A stretch of 64,000 nucleotides of DNA from Planctomycetota bacterium (GTDB taxonomy: Bacteria; Planctomycetota; UBA1135; UBA2386), in the NCBI GenBank assembly GCA_965223545.1, contig OZ245006.1, forward strand, positions 2,304,001 through 2,368,000. The letters are read 5' to 3'. Below the pieces are notes generated by a model. That model was given only the letters and a program-made list of their open reading frames with translations. It did no database searches and had not been told where the DNA came from. The translations under genes were made by a program, and so were the position numbers. Shown here one piece after another: positions 1-10,649 of the stretch; the first letter of the stretch is position 1; every line of letters begins with the position of its first letter.

Positions 1-1268
1 ATCGCCTGGCCGGCCGGGGTCGGAATGCTGAAGTACGGCACCAGGATCGAGACCGCCGGGTTGACGAACAGATGGCCGGCGGGATTGACGAACAGGCCGC
101 TCTGGAACGACGACCCGCCGATCAGCAGGAACGCCGGTAGGCCCGGGGTACCACCGATGCCGACGTGCACGTGCGTGTGCTGGTCGACCGGCAGGGTCAG
201 GGTGACGTTGCTGAACTCGGCAGCGCCGATGTCGATCGCGACACTCACGTCGAAGTCTCCGTCCAAGCGCCGCGGCTGGTCATAAAGCCCCTGGTTGCGC
301 TGCGGGGACGCGGTCGGGTGGCCTGCATCGACCGCCGGTGAGCCGGCGGTCAGCCGCCAGTCGTTGAGGCCGTTGTAGGCCGGGGCAGCATCCAGGTTGC
401 CGCTGGCGAACGCCTGCCCGTTGAGCTGCGCAGCCGTCATCACCGTCGCACCGCGGCGATACGCGCCGGCGTTGTTGCCGTCGAAAATGCAGTACTCGAC
501 GGTCGGGTCGACCGACGTGTCGACCTGGTCGATGCCGAACACCGTGCCGCCGGAGGCCAGACCGTTGTCCGAGAAGATGCAGTTGCGGATCGTCGGGTTG
601 GCACCGTTGCGCAACCGAATGCCGCTGTTCTCGTTCTGATCGATGGTCAAGTTGATGAACGTGCCGGTGGCGTTGTCGACGTCGATCGCGGCACCGCTGC
701 TGGCATCACCGTTGTAGGCGAAGACGCTGTTCTCCACCTGGGCCACGGCACCGTTGCGCACCAGCAAGCCGGCGCCGGCGTCGGCGCTGTCGTTGTTGGA
801 ACGGATGAAGCTGTTGCGCAGGGTCGCGTTGACCCCATCCATCAACACGCCGCCGCCGCCCGGCGCACCCGCTTGGCCGCGAAGCACCCAGATGCCGTCC
901 AACACCGCCCCTTGGCCCATCGTCACGACGGTGCCGGTACCGGTACCGACCAGGTTGGTCACCTTCTGGAACGACCGGGCGAGCAGATCGGGATCGCCGC
1001 GGCCGACGACCGACTGTGCGTCGCCGACGAAACCACCGAGAACGGTCACGCCCGCGGGCACGTTGAACGCGCCGATGTAGGCCCCACTCGCCACCCACAG
1101 GGTGGTCCCCGGCCCGGCGGCGGCGAGCGCAGCGCCGAGATCCTTGTAGGCCGCTGCCCAGCTGGAGCCGTTGCCGCCGGTGGCGACGTTGGCGTCTACG
1201 TACAGGATCTGAGCGGCGGCCGGCATCGCGAGCGCCGCGGAGAAGGCCAGCGATCTGAAGACTTGCAT
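1..1268 (-). CDS. Secreted right-handed beta-helix protein (pectin lyase-like fold, choice-of-anchor-Q-like segment); 3' end runs off the window
   Basis: Absent from the ORF track because there is no stop in the window. Manual translation from ATG 1268: MQVFRSLAFSAALAMPAAAQILYVDANVATGGNGSSWAAAY...NPTIRNCIFSDN...DWRLTAGSPAVDAG...DIGAAEF. Confidence 0.8.
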   Translation of the reverse strand, partial: MQVFRSLAFSAALAMPAAAQILYVDANVATGGNGSSWAAAYKDLGAALAAAGPGTTLWVASGAYIGAFNVPAGVTVLGGFVGDAQSVVGRGDPDLLARSFQKVTNLVGTGTGTVVTMGQGAVLDGIWVLRGQAGAPGGGGVLMDGVNATLRNSFIRSNNDSADAGAGLLVRNGAVAQVENSVFAYNGDASSGAAIDVDNATGTFINLTIDQNENSGIRLRNGANPTIRNCIFSDNGLASGGTVFGIDQVDTSVDPTVEYCIFDGNNAGAYRRGATVMTAAQLNGQAFASGNLDAAPAYNGLNDWRLTAGSPAVDAGHPTASPQRNQGLYDQPRRLDGDFDVSVAIDIGAAEFSNVTLTLPVDQHTHVHVGIGGTPGLPAFLLIGGSSFQSGLFVNPAGHLFVNPAVSILVPYFSIPTPAGQA

Positions 1269-1295
1269 GGTTAGAGCCTCGCTCACAGAGTTCGG

Positions 1296-2954
1296 TCAGC
1301 GGGCGACGAAACGCCCGCCGCGCATCACATGGAACACCGGTGCCGGGCTCTGCGCCGTGGTCGGCACCAGCAACGGCATCGCGTAGAGCTCGATGCCGGA
1401 GAGGGACTGGTTGTTGGGCAAGGGGACGCGCAGGCTCGCCTGCGCGCTGAGCAGGGCCGGCAGGGTCACGGTCGGCTTGGCGAGATCGAGATACAGCGTC
1501 CACGGCGGCAGCGCCACCGACGGCCGCGTTGTCGACAAGCCAACCATCCACACCGCCGCGGTGCCCGGCTGCAGGTCGACTGCCAGGTCGACCGAGCCGC
1601 CCAGCGTGGCGGCGGTCGGCGTCACCCAGGCCGAGCCGATCCACGGCTGGCTGGCGAGGCTCTGAACTTGCACGTTGGCGCTGGCGGTGCTCGAGCCCAA
1701 GAACGCGCTGGCCAAGGTCGTCACGCCGGCGGCAGTGGCGTCGGTGATGTCACTGCGCACGAAATCGCAACGATCGGCGCGCACGCTCTTGGTGGTCGCT
1801 GCGTCGATCATCAGCGGCGCGCTGGTGTGGGCGTTGTCGGCGAGGTCGCCGCCGGGACCGGTCGTGCGCAGCACCACCTGACCGTTGGCGAAGCGGTTGT
1901 TGTGCAGCGACAGCACGCTCGCGCGGCTACCCAGCTGCAGCAAGACGTTGCCGTCGACCTGCGTCTCGCTCACCGTCATGTTGAAGCGCGCGCCACTCGG
2001 CGTCGTGCGCAGGGCGAAGTCGCCGGTGCCCGGGCCGCCGCGAAGATCGCTGTGCCGCACCGTCACCACCCCTGCGCCGATCGTGTCACCGGCGAGGTCG
2101 ATCGCCGAACCGCTGGCCGCGATCGTGGTGTGCTCGACGTCGAGCGTCAGCGTGCTGTCGGTCGCCACGGTGCGGGTCGCGACGATGCCGGTGGTCGCGC
2201 CGACGATCGCACAGCGGTCGACGACCACATCGACCGCCCCGACGGTGCCCCCCATCGTGAACCGCAGCGCCTCGCCACAGCTCTCGAAGCGAGTGTTGCT
2301 GATGCGCATGTCGGTATCGCCGGCAAACCCCTGATCCATGAACTCGATCGCCGTCGGCAGACCGCGGAACACGGTGTCGAAGATCTCGCCCGGCTGGATG
2401 CCACCCGGGGGGAACGCCGGCACGCGCACCTCGATCGCCTTCTTGCTCTGGCCCTCGAACAGGCAGTTCCTCACCCAGAACAACTCGCCGGGGTGGTAGT
2501 GCAAGAGCGTGTCGTAGCTGATCGCGATCTGCCCACCGCGCACGATGATGTCGCGCAGGTGGAAGTGGTTGGTCCGCGACGGGAAGATCTCGGTCGGGTT
2601 GACCCCCGTGGCGTCGATCACCGGCCGGCCGTTGATGCCGAAGAAGTTGCAGTCGACGTGCGCCACCGTGTCGCCGATCACCTCAGTGAGCTTCTGCTCG
2701 ACGGTGATCACCGGCGTGACGTTGAAGTCGATCTCGATGGTGTCGAGGATCGTCGTCGGCATGCCGCGAAACTGCGCCTGCTCGGCCGCCGACAGCGACG
2801 AATACGACAGGGTCGTGTTCATCACCCGGATCGCCTCGTCGAGCGACAACAGGCCGTCGTTGAGCTGACCGTGCGACTTGGGGTCGCTGACGATCGCCGT
2901 CATCTGCGCGGAGAGGGTCGCGCTGAGCGCGGCCACGGCTAGGAGGGTTCGCAT
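1296..2954 (-). CDS. Secreted beta-helix-repeat protein with shared C-terminal domain
   Basis: Signal peptide MRTLLAVAALSATLSAQ; LSLDEAI (CSLREA-like) motif; beta-helix-like repeats (VRNCLFEG, VDRCAIVG). Confidence 0.7.
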   Translation of the reverse strand: MRTLLAVAALSATLSAQMTAIVSDPKSHGQLNDGLLSLDEAIRVMNTTLSYSSLSAAEQAQFRGMPTTILDTIEIDFNVTPVITVEQKLTEVIGDTVAHVDCNFFGINGRPVIDATGVNPTEIFPSRTNHFHLRDIIVRGGQIAISYDTLLHYHPGELFWVRNCLFEGQSKKAIEVRVPAFPPGGIQPGEIFDTVFRGLPTAIEFMDQGFAGDTDMRISNTRFESCGEALRFTMGGTVGAVDVVVDRCAIVGATTGIVATRTVATDSTLTLDVEHTTIAASGSAIDLAGDTIGAGVVTVRHSDLRGGPGTGDFALRTTPSGARFNMTVSETQVDGNVLLQLGSRASVLSLHNNRFANGQVVLRTTGPGGDLADNAHTSAPLMIDAATTKSVRADRCDFVRSDITDATAAGVTTLASAFLGSSTASANVQVQSLASQPWIGSAWVTPTAATLGGSVDLAVDLQPGTAAVWMVGLSTTRPSVALPPWTLYLDLAKPTVTLPALLSAQASLRVPLPNNQSLSGIELYAMPLLVPTTAQSPAPVFHVMRGGRFVAR

Positions 2955-3124
2955 GTCGGACACTCGCGGACGCGAGTCAGTAAAGAGCAGCGGGGGCGGA
3001 CGCCAGCGGCACCACCCCCTGATAAGCGCAAGGAGCGGTGCCGTTCCGGTTTCGCCCCGGGCGGCGCCCGAGGCACTGCGGAGTGGGCCGCCCCCAGTCG
3101 GCCCGCCCGCAGCTCACGCAACGA

Positions 3125-4210
3125 TCACGGGTGGTTGGTGTGCAGAATGAGACCACCGTCCAGCACGCCGGAGCTCGCGGACGCCGCGTTCGGGTCCAGC
3201 GAGTAGAGGTGCACGCACTGCGAGTTCGTCGACGGGTCGATTGGCACGTAGGTCTTGCGGCCGACACCAAGGCCGATGCCACCCGGCTGGGTGTTGTCCA
3301 GAGCCACGGCCTGCGAGTAGAAGCTCTGGCCGATCAGGCTGGTGTTGTAGGCGATCGGGTCGATCGACAGGAACGCGAAGCCGGTGCCATCCGTGTTGCC
3401 CATGAAGACGTCGGTGACCGGGATGAGCTCGAGCGTGCTGCACAGGCCGCCGATGGCGATCGACTGCGCGGTGGTGCCGAGCAGCATCGTCGCCGGCGAG
3501 TTCGGCGCGGCGCGGGAGATGTCAAAGGCCGACGACATCTTGGTGCCGTGGTTGAAGAACTCGACGTGGTTGTTCATGCCGCGAGTCTGGCCCGTGGTCA
3601 CGCACGACGAGTTACCGGTGCTCCCGGTGGCGCCCTGCATCACGGACAAGACGACCGGGTCGGCGTCCATCGGGTAGGACTTGCCGGCCTGGTCGTTGGC
3701 CCAGACGCGGACCTCCCAAACCAGGTCGGTGCCGGTGGCCTGCTTGCCGAGGTAGCTCCATTGCGAGTCGAGCCACAGGATCGCCCAGTTCGACTCGGAC
3801 TGCGGCGCTAGCGCCGGCGCGGCCTGCCAGTCGGGGAAGCTGACGCGCTTGCGCGAGATCACCACGGTCTTGGTGCCGGCGGTGTAGTTGCCGTCGAAGT
3901 TGCTGGTCGCGGTGGCGAGATCGCCCTCACCCATCACCAGCTCCATGTCGAGCGTGCGCGCGACGTAGTTCGGATCGAACGGCATCAGGCCGTCGCGACG
4001 GAAGGCGATGCGGTTGCGGTCGGCCTTGGAGCCCCAGTTGGTGGCGTCGATCTGCTGGAATCGCAGCAGCGCTTCCTTGCCGATCAGGTCGACGGACAGC
4101 GACCCTTCGGTGCTCTCGTAGCCCGCGGGGCTCGAGGTGAAGTGATCGGGCTGAGCGATGACGGGGGTGGCGATCGTCGCCACCACCGCGAGATGGAGGA
4201 GGTTACGCAT
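3125..4210 (-). CDS. Secreted hypothetical protein
   Basis: 361-aa ORF with signal peptide ending VIAQ; contains the shared motif SLIGQSFYSQAVALD. Confidence 0.75.
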   Translation of the reverse strand: MRNLLHLAVVATIATPVIAQPDHFTSSPAGYESTEGSLSVDLIGKEALLRFQQIDATNWGSKADRNRIAFRRDGLMPFDPNYVARTLDMELVMGEGDLATATSNFDGNYTAGTKTVVISRKRVSFPDWQAAPALAPQSESNWAILWLDSQWSYLGKQATGTDLVWEVRVWANDQAGKSYPMDADPVVLSVMQGATGSTGNSSCVTTGQTRGMNNHVEFFNHGTKMSSAFDISRAAPNSPATMLLGTTAQSIAIGGLCSTLELIPVTDVFMGNTDGTGFAFLSIDPIAYNTSLIGQSFYSQAVALDNTQPGGIGLGVGRKTYVPIDPSTNSQCVHLYSLDPNAASASSGVLDGGLILHTNHP

Positions 4211-4581
4211 GGTTTCCTAGTTGTCAGGTGTGTGGGGTGCGAGGCGGCCTCGCGGCGCCCCGGCTCGGGTGAGCGCGGAGAAGCCTAGCGCAGACTCGCG
4301 CGTTGGCTAGGGGGTCGAGGCCGGGTTTGGGCCTCAAATCGGGAGTTTGGCCCCGGTCGTCGGGTTGCCGTCGGGCCGTCGGAACGCCGACAACCGCCAC
4401 GGCGCGGACCGAAACCCCCCGTGGATTCAGATCTTGATCTCTCTCCTGTGGCCGTTGCGGGGCTCCCACCGACGGGCACCGGACGGAGGCTCGGCTGCAA
4501 AAAAATCGACCCCTCAGCCGGGTCACGCGACACACATGGCGCGCGACCGACTCGAGTCGCTGCTCACTGGGTGGAGTCCCC

Positions 4582-5919
4582 TCAGTATTGCACTCGCATC
4601 CACGGGGTCTCGAAGAGGCTAACGGTGTCATCGACTCCAACCTTCCCATCGAGGGCGCCAACCCCCGTCCCAGGAATCGCCGGAAAGATGAATCGAATCT
4701 TGTCGCCCGCGCCGACCGGTTTCACGTCGATGATTGTTGGCGGCACGATCGGCGATGGAGAGCTGAACAACGCCGGAGATGCATGCGCGATCCACAGGGC
4801 AGCGGTGCCCGAGACCTGCGATCGGAGCGGCACGTAGTACCGGTCCGCCCCCAAGTCCGCGCGATACAACCCCGAGCTCAGCAGTGGGCTACCGCCGGGC
4901 GCACGATGGCTACCGATCATCTTGCGAACTCGATCCGATCGAGGATCGATGATGCACACTGCGTCACACTTGTCCGTGGACAAGAACTTGATCTTGATCG
5001 AGACCCGGTACCCGGTCGGAGTCAGAAGTGGATCGACCCTCCAACCTTGCCCCTTCGGCTCAGCGACCATCAACGGGTCGGTCGGATGGTCCGACGCGAA
5101 CACGATGGCGCCGACGCTCTCGTCCCAGGCGAGGCCGGAGATCTCCCCGGTCGGCGGAACACCGAAAGCGCTGTGGCCATCGAGCCACACGGTCGGCTCC
5201 GTCCATTCGGATCCTGTCCACTCCGTGAACAGAACATCGTTTCCGTCAACAGGTCCGATGTTGGTCCATTGGTTCGTCGCCGCCGCCGCGGACCCGTTGG
5301 TTACGGAGAAGATGAGCTTCGTACCCCCCCATGGCTCGGGATCGTTGATCAGCATGGGGATGTAGGACTCCAACGCGACCGTGTCCGGCTGCGTGTTTGG
5401 TTGCGTGACAAGGCTGATGTCCGAAACGTCGTTCGCGGTGAGCAGCTGGTCGATGTACTCGGGCGGCAGCCCGGTGCTCCCGTCGACGACGTACTGGAAG
5501 TGAATCCCGGCGCGATCCGAGGCCGGCTGCTGGTTCAGGTAGGAACCAGCTTCGCCGGTGGTGGACGGATCGACCGAGAGCAGCACCGCGATCCACCCGT
5601 CAGCGGTCGACGGGGCTTGCAATCGCCCCTTGTCCACGGGAATGAAGACATGATTGGTCGACAGCGCATCGATCTCGATCTGCTGACCATTGCTCCACGG
5701 CAAGATCCTGAAGTCGGGATCTTGCGCCCCCGGAGCAGGAAACGGCAGCGGCGACGCGCCGATGTCGTTCCTGTTCTTCAGCCAGCCGGGCAGCGCATCT
5801 CCCGGATCGATGAGACCCTCGTCGTTCGCCGTCGTTGGGGACACGACCACCGTCTGTGGCATGTCGTAGAGGTTGCCGTATTCCTGCGGCAGGAGAGCTA
5901 GGCAAAGCTCGAGTAGCAT
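4582..5919 (-). CDS. Secreted hypothetical protein downstream of the kinase
   Basis: 445-aa ORF with short hydrophobic N-terminus MLLELCLALLPQ; starts 3 nt after the kinase stop, with an AAGGAG SD upstream. Confidence 0.7.
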   Translation of the reverse strand: MLLELCLALLPQEYGNLYDMPQTVVVSPTTANDEGLIDPGDALPGWLKNRNDIGASPLPFPAPGAQDPDFRILPWSNGQQIEIDALSTNHVFIPVDKGRLQAPSTADGWIAVLLSVDPSTTGEAGSYLNQQPASDRAGIHFQYVVDGSTGLPPEYIDQLLTANDVSDISLVTQPNTQPDTVALESYIPMLINDPEPWGGTKLIFSVTNGSAAAATNQWTNIGPVDGNDVLFTEWTGSEWTEPTVWLDGHSAFGVPPTGEISGLAWDESVGAIVFASDHPTDPLMVAEPKGQGWRVDPLLTPTGYRVSIKIKFLSTDKCDAVCIIDPRSDRVRKMIGSHRAPGGSPLLSSGLYRADLGADRYYVPLRSQVSGTAALWIAHASPALFSSPSPIVPPTIIDVKPVGAGDKIRFIFPAIPGTGVGALDGKVGVDDTVSLFETPWMRVQY

Positions 5920-5922
5920 CGG

Positions 5923-8433
5923 TCACTCCTTCTCGGTTGGGGGTGGGTCTTCGATTGTGAAACTGCGCTGCGCTTCCCTTTCCGCCAACAGCGTGAAGAG
6001 GTGCCGCACGGCCTCGTGCGACTCGCGGCTGAGGTCCTCCGGCAAGGCGTCCGCCACCTGGCGCAAGTACTCCGGACTCTGGGGAGCTCGCTCGCACACG
6101 AGCTGGAACACAAACTCGTCCAGCACTGCCTCTCCCGAGCTGATCGCGATCGCAGCACGGCGATCTCTCTCGTAGCTTTCTCGGCGCGTGGACTGACCCG
6201 GCGGTAGCTCGGAGAGGGCCTGGGCAAACGCGTTTGCCGCGCGTTCAGCACTGTCTCTTGCATCCTCACGCCGCCCCGCCCAGATGCGGCCGATCGCTTC
6301 GCTCAACGCAACGTAGCCCTCGCCCTCCCATCGCAGATGGGACAGCTGCGGCTCTCCGGCCCGGCGCGCGGCGCGCGCCGCCTCCTCGAAGTCGCCTCCG
6401 TCGGAAAGCGCCGCATCCGCCAGGGCCTTCGCGAGAGCAAGTGCGGCTTTGGCGCCGCGGGGACGAATCTCCAGTGCATGCCGCGCGCTCTGCGCAGCCC
6501 TCTCGAAGTCTCCCGTCCTGCTGTAGCAGACTGCCAGGTTGGTGTGCGCGTTGTAGTAGCGCGGCGCCCGAGCTGCGACAGCCTCCAAGGGGAGGATGGC
6601 GTCCGCCCACTGCTGCATCAGAGTCAGCGCCGTGCCTTCGAGATACTGCAACGAGACCGACGGTTGGCCGTGCTCGGCTTGTAGCTTGCGGATTTCGACG
6701 TAGACGCTCGGTGCCCGCGCGGACTTGTAGAGCGCCAGCTCGACGGTCAGCCGGAGCTGGCGCACTCGCAGATCCGATCCAGCGACTCGGAGGTGATCGA
6801 ATGCGCGCCGGTAGGCATCGGCGACTCCGCTTCGCAACAGCCGATGTGCCTCCAAGAAGTGCTCCACCTCGGTTTGCGGCTCCGGAGTCTGAGGTCCAGG
6901 TTCCCGTCCAGCCACGGAAACATCAGCCAGGGCTCGGGCATACGGCGTCCCCAACACGTCGGCCACCGCCGCGAAATCCTCCGCAGCCCCCGCCGGATCG
7001 TGGTGATCCTGGCGGAACGCTCCCCGATAACTCCGGACGATCACGTCGTCGGGCACTAACCGCACCGCAGAGTCGAGCAACCGCTCCATGCGGTGGCGTT
7101 CGATGGCATCACCGATTTCGGGGTTCTTCCCGAGCGTCAAGTTCGGGATCAGCTGGCGAAAGACCGCCAGCATCTGGCCGGTGGCGAGGGACCGGGTTCG
7201 TTCGCTCCACGCGACGAAGCCCAGGACTCCAGCCAAAGCCCCCGCACCCAGGACACCCGCCTGCAGGTGGCGCGCCCTCGACACCGCGCGCCACGTCCGG
7301 GCAACGGGCCCCCGGCGCCGCGCGCTCACCGACCGGAAGTCCAGGAACGCGTTCAGGTCCGCCGCCAACGCGGCCGCGGTGGGATAGCGGTCGGCGGCGC
7401 GCCGCTCCATGCCGCGCTCGAGGATCGCAACCAAGTCGCGCGGCAGACCGCGACATACCCGATCGGGAGGCGGCGGCGCCTGGCGCTGGAGCGCGGCGAT
7501 CACCTGCCGCACGTCCCCGTCGTACGGGGCGCGGCCGGTGACCAGGTGGTAGAGCGTCGCCGACAGCGAGTAGATGTCGAGGGCGGGACTCGGTTCGTGA
7601 CCCCCCTCGGCCTGCTCCGGCGCCATGTACTTCGGAGTGCCCAGCGTGGTGTCGCCGACGGTGAGGGTGGCATCCCCCAGCTGCGCCGCGATGCCGAAGT
7701 CGAGCAGCACCGCGCGGCCATCGCGCGCGATGAAGACGTTGGACGGCTTGACGTCGCGGTGGAGGACGCCGGCGTCGTGCACCGCGGCGAGGCCGTCGGC
7801 GAGCTCGGCGGCCCAACGCGCCGCCAAGCGCAGGAAGCCCTTGCCCAGCTCGGCACCGCTGCCGAGCCGTTCGCTGATCCACGCGGTCCCCACGTCGGCG
7901 CCGACCGTCGCCGCCCGCGCCTCGCGCTCGTCGAGCAGCGCCGCCATCGACACACCCTGCAGCAGCTCCATCACGAGGTAGTGGAGGCCCTGGTCGGTGC
8001 AGCCGCGGTCGAACACCGTGATGACGTTGGGATGCCGGATCTGCGCCATCGCCTGCGCCTCGCGCAGGAAGCGGTCCGCGGCCACGGAGGCGTCGAGGAG
8101 GTGCGGGTGCAGCACTTTGACCGCGACCGGGCGCGCCAGCTCGAGGTCGACGGCACGGTAGACCGCGCCCATCGCGCCGGCCCCGATGCGCGCCTCGGCG
8201 CGATAGCGATCGGCAAAGCACAAGCCCTCGAGATCGCCAACGGCACCGACGCCGCCTCGCCAGGCGTCGACGCGCGTTCCCATCGCCAACGCCTCCCGCA
8301 GCGCCTCCAGCAGCTCGGGGTGGTCGGCGCAGACGTCGGCCAAGTCGGGATCGGCGCCGTTCTCGCGCAGCTCCAGCACGCGCTCGACCAGACCGGCCAG
8401 CGTGCCGTCGCGATCGTCGGCCGCGCCCTTCAC
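5923..8433 (-). CDS. Ser/Thr protein kinase with TM segment and C-terminal TPR region
   Basis: GAGAMGAVY, VAVK, HRDVKPSN, DFG and GTPKYMAPE motifs; TPR-like AHTNLAVCYSRTGDFERA. GTG start overlaps the ECF stop (GTGA). Confidence 0.92.
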   Translation of the reverse strand: MKGAADDRDGTLAGLVERVLELRENGADPDLADVCADHPELLEALREALAMGTRVDAWRGGVGAVGDLEGLCFADRYRAEARIGAGAMGAVYRAVDLELARPVAVKVLHPHLLDASVAADRFLREAQAMAQIRHPNVITVFDRGCTDQGLHYLVMELLQGVSMAALLDEREARAATVGADVGTAWISERLGSGAELGKGFLRLAARWAAELADGLAAVHDAGVLHRDVKPSNVFIARDGRAVLLDFGIAAQLGDATLTVGDTTLGTPKYMAPEQAEGGHEPSPALDIYSLSATLYHLVTGRAPYDGDVRQVIAALQRQAPPPPDRVCRGLPRDLVAILERGMERRAADRYPTAAALAADLNAFLDFRSVSARRRGPVARTWRAVSRARHLQAGVLGAGALAGVLGFVAWSERTRSLATGQMLAVFRQLIPNLTLGKNPEIGDAIERHRMERLLDSAVRLVPDDVIVRSYRGAFRQDHHDPAGAAEDFAAVADVLGTPYARALADVSVAGREPGPQTPEPQTEVEHFLEAHRLLRSGVADAYRRAFDHLRVAGSDLRVRQLRLTVELALYKSARAPSVYVEIRKLQAEHGQPSVSLQYLEGTALTLMQQWADAILPLEAVAARAPRYYNAHTNLAVCYSRTGDFERAAQSARHALEIRPRGAKAALALAKALADAALSDGGDFEEAARAARRAGEPQLSHLRWEGEGYVALSEAIGRIWAGRREDARDSAERAANAFAQALSELPPGQSTRRESYERDRRAAIAISSGEAVLDEFVFQLVCERAPQSPEYLRQVADALPEDLSRESHEAVRHLFTLLAEREAQRSFTIEDPPPTEKE

Positions 8434-9083
8434 GCCTCGAAACCCCGCCGGCGCAGCCCGACCAACACCCGCGCGTGCGCGGTCCGCGCCGCCTTGCGCG
8501 CGGCCTCCGCCGACGACATGCCGAGCGTCCGGGCGATCTCCGCGTAGGGTCGCTCCTGCCGGAACCGCAGCCGGAACACGTCGCGCAGCCGCTGAGGCAG
8601 CAGCGCGACCACCTCGTCCACCGCCGCGTCGAACTCGCGGTTGCGCACCGCGCGCGTCGGCGAAGTCATGTCGCTGGACAGCTCGGCGCGGGCCAGCACC
8701 GTCCCTGCCCGGTCGCGGCCGCGATCGCGGCACTTTGCCCGGTGGAACCGGATGGTGTCCATCAGCTGCGTGGTGACCGTCGTGGCCAGATAGCTGACGA
8801 AGGCGCGCTCATCGCCGGCCCGAAACCGGCGGAGATCCCGCATCACGCCCATCAGCACCTCGTGCACCACGTCGCCCGTGCTGAACAGCGCGGCCAGCGC
8901 CTGCTTGCTGTTGCGCACCTGCAAGTCCAGCTGGCGCCGGACCATGCGACTGACCTCCGGGTAGAAGCGCTCGATGAGCGCGTCGCGTGCCGGCAGGTCG
9001 CCCGCCTGGGCACGCCGAATCAGACGCTCGATCTCTCCGGCTGCCGGCCGCTCAGGCGAATTTGGGTGTAGCACCCCGACCAT
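8430..9083 (-). CDS. ECF sigma-70 factor, kinase-associated
   Basis: RAQAGDLPARDALIERF (region 1.2/2); LLPQRLRDVFRLRFRQERPYAEIARTLG (region 4 HTH). Confidence 0.9.
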   Translation of the reverse strand: MVGVLHPNSPERPAAGEIERLIRRAQAGDLPARDALIERFYPEVSRMVRRQLDLQVRNSKQALAALFSTGDVVHEVLMGVMRDLRRFRAGDERAFVSYLATTVTTQLMDTIRFHRAKCRDRGRDRAGTVLARAELSSDMTSPTRAVRNREFDAAVDEVVALLPQRLRDVFRLRFRQERPYAEIARTLGMSSAEAARKAARTAHARVLVGLRRRGFEA

Positions 9084-9153
9084 GATGCGGCACGAGGCGA
9101 GCGCCGTGGCGCGCAGCGGCCCAACACTCTCAAAAAAAGCGCGCCGGCCCCCG

Positions 9154-10587
9154 TCAGCGCACTCGATCGTACTCCGGGTTGACCGCGCGTTCGCCCCAAC
9201 GCTGCACGACGGCGCGGAGGGCGGCGTCGGATTCAGGGTATTGCCCTAAGTCACCCGTCTCAACCATCCAGCGGGCGAGCCGCACCCGCATCTCGCCCAA
9301 GGCTTGCGCGTGCGCGGGGTCGTGGACCAGGTTGCGCGTCTCGTGTGGGTCGGTGTGCAGGTCGTACAGCTCTTCGCTCGGCCGGTGCGGTCCGGCGAAC
9401 CGCTTCTGCACGGAGTCGAGGCGGCCCCCGTCGTAGAGCTCTTTGAGGACGCGCATCGTCGGCCAATCGTCGCGGTACTGCGGCTGCAGGTATGGACGAT
9501 CGGTCATGAAGTTGCGGATGTACTTGTAGCGCGCCGTGACCACGGCGCGGATGCGATCGATCGTGTAGTCACAGCGATCCCGCGCCGCGACGAAGTGATC
9601 GCGGCGAAAGCCCTCCGCAAACACATCGCGACCGTGCATGTGCGGTGGCACGGCTATCCCCGCCAACGCCAAGGTGGTGGCGGCGAGGTCGAGGCCGCTG
9701 ATCAGGTCGTCCCGCACGACCCCCTCCGGCACGCCGGGGCCGGCGATGATGCACGGCACGCGGATGCCGCCCTCGTACAAGAACTGCTTGTGGCGCATCA
9801 AGCCCATGCCGTGATCGGAGAAGAAGAAGATCACCGTGCGCTCCAGCAATCCGTCGCGGCGCAGCGCGGCGACGATGCGGCCGACCGCGGCGTCGAGATC
9901 GAGGATCGAGTCGTAGTGCTTGGCGATCGCCTCGCGGAACGCGGGATGGTCGGGGTAGTACGGCGGCACGTCGACTGCTGCCGGGTCGACGACGGCCGGG
10001 GCCTTCGTCTTGCCACCCGTCATCTGGATCTGGCCGAAGAACGGCCGCGTTCCGGCAGCGGGATCGGCATTCCAACAGCGCCCGTCCTCCGCGCCGTGGA
10101 AGTTCATCCTCGCGTCGTACCAGTCGTAGAGCCGATCGACGTCGTAGACGAAGTTGTAGTGCAGCTTGCCCTTGTTGAAGGTGAAGTAGCGCGCCAACGC
10201 CAAGATCTCGGGGATCGTGCGCACGGCGAGGTAGTTGGGGTCCCACGCGTCCATCTCGATGCCGCGCCATTGTTCGAACGAGCTGTAGTGCTGGTGCGCG
10301 CCGATCGAGGTCTGGTGCATGCTGGTGATCACCGCCGACCGGGTCGGCGTGCACACCGGCGCGGGCATGTAGCAGCGCGTGAACCGCGTGCCGGCCGCGG
10401 CCAGCGCGTCGATGTGCGGCGTCTGGATCACTCGGTCGCCGTAGCAAGACATCCACGCGTTGGTGTCCTCGACGTAGATCCACAGGACGTTGGGACGATT
10501 CGCATCGTTGGGTAAGGTATCGGCCGGCGGCTGCGCTGCGGCCGGCAAGAGACTGAGAAGACAGCAGGCAACGACGATCGGCGGCAT
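9154..10587 (-). CDS. Sulfatase (Cys-type, formylglycine-dependent)
   Basis: RPNVLWIYVED, CTPTRS (CxPxR), GKLH, FSDHG, LYEGGIRVP and EELYDL motifs; signal peptide. Confidence 0.93.
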   Translation of the reverse strand: MPPIVVACCLLSLLPAAAQPPADTLPNDANRPNVLWIYVEDTNAWMSCYGDRVIQTPHIDALAAAGTRFTRCYMPAPVCTPTRSAVITSMHQTSIGAHQHYSSFEQWRGIEMDAWDPNYLAVRTIPEILALARYFTFNKGKLHYNFVYDVDRLYDWYDARMNFHGAEDGRCWNADPAAGTRPFFGQIQMTGGKTKAPAVVDPAAVDVPPYYPDHPAFREAIAKHYDSILDLDAAVGRIVAALRRDGLLERTVIFFFSDHGMGLMRHKQFLYEGGIRVPCIIAGPGVPEGVVRDDLISGLDLAATTLALAGIAVPPHMHGRDVFAEGFRRDHFVAARDRCDYTIDRIRAVVTARYKYIRNFMTDRPYLQPQYRDDWPTMRVLKELYDGGRLDSVQKRFAGPHRPSEELYDLHTDPHETRNLVHDPAHAQALGEMRVRLARWMVETGDLGQYPESDAALRAVVQRWGERAVNPEYDRVR

Positions 10588-10649
10588 GCGGGCGAGCTGG
10601 AGAGACAGAGTGGCGTGCAGCATTGCACGGCGCAGGCGAAGATGCCCCG

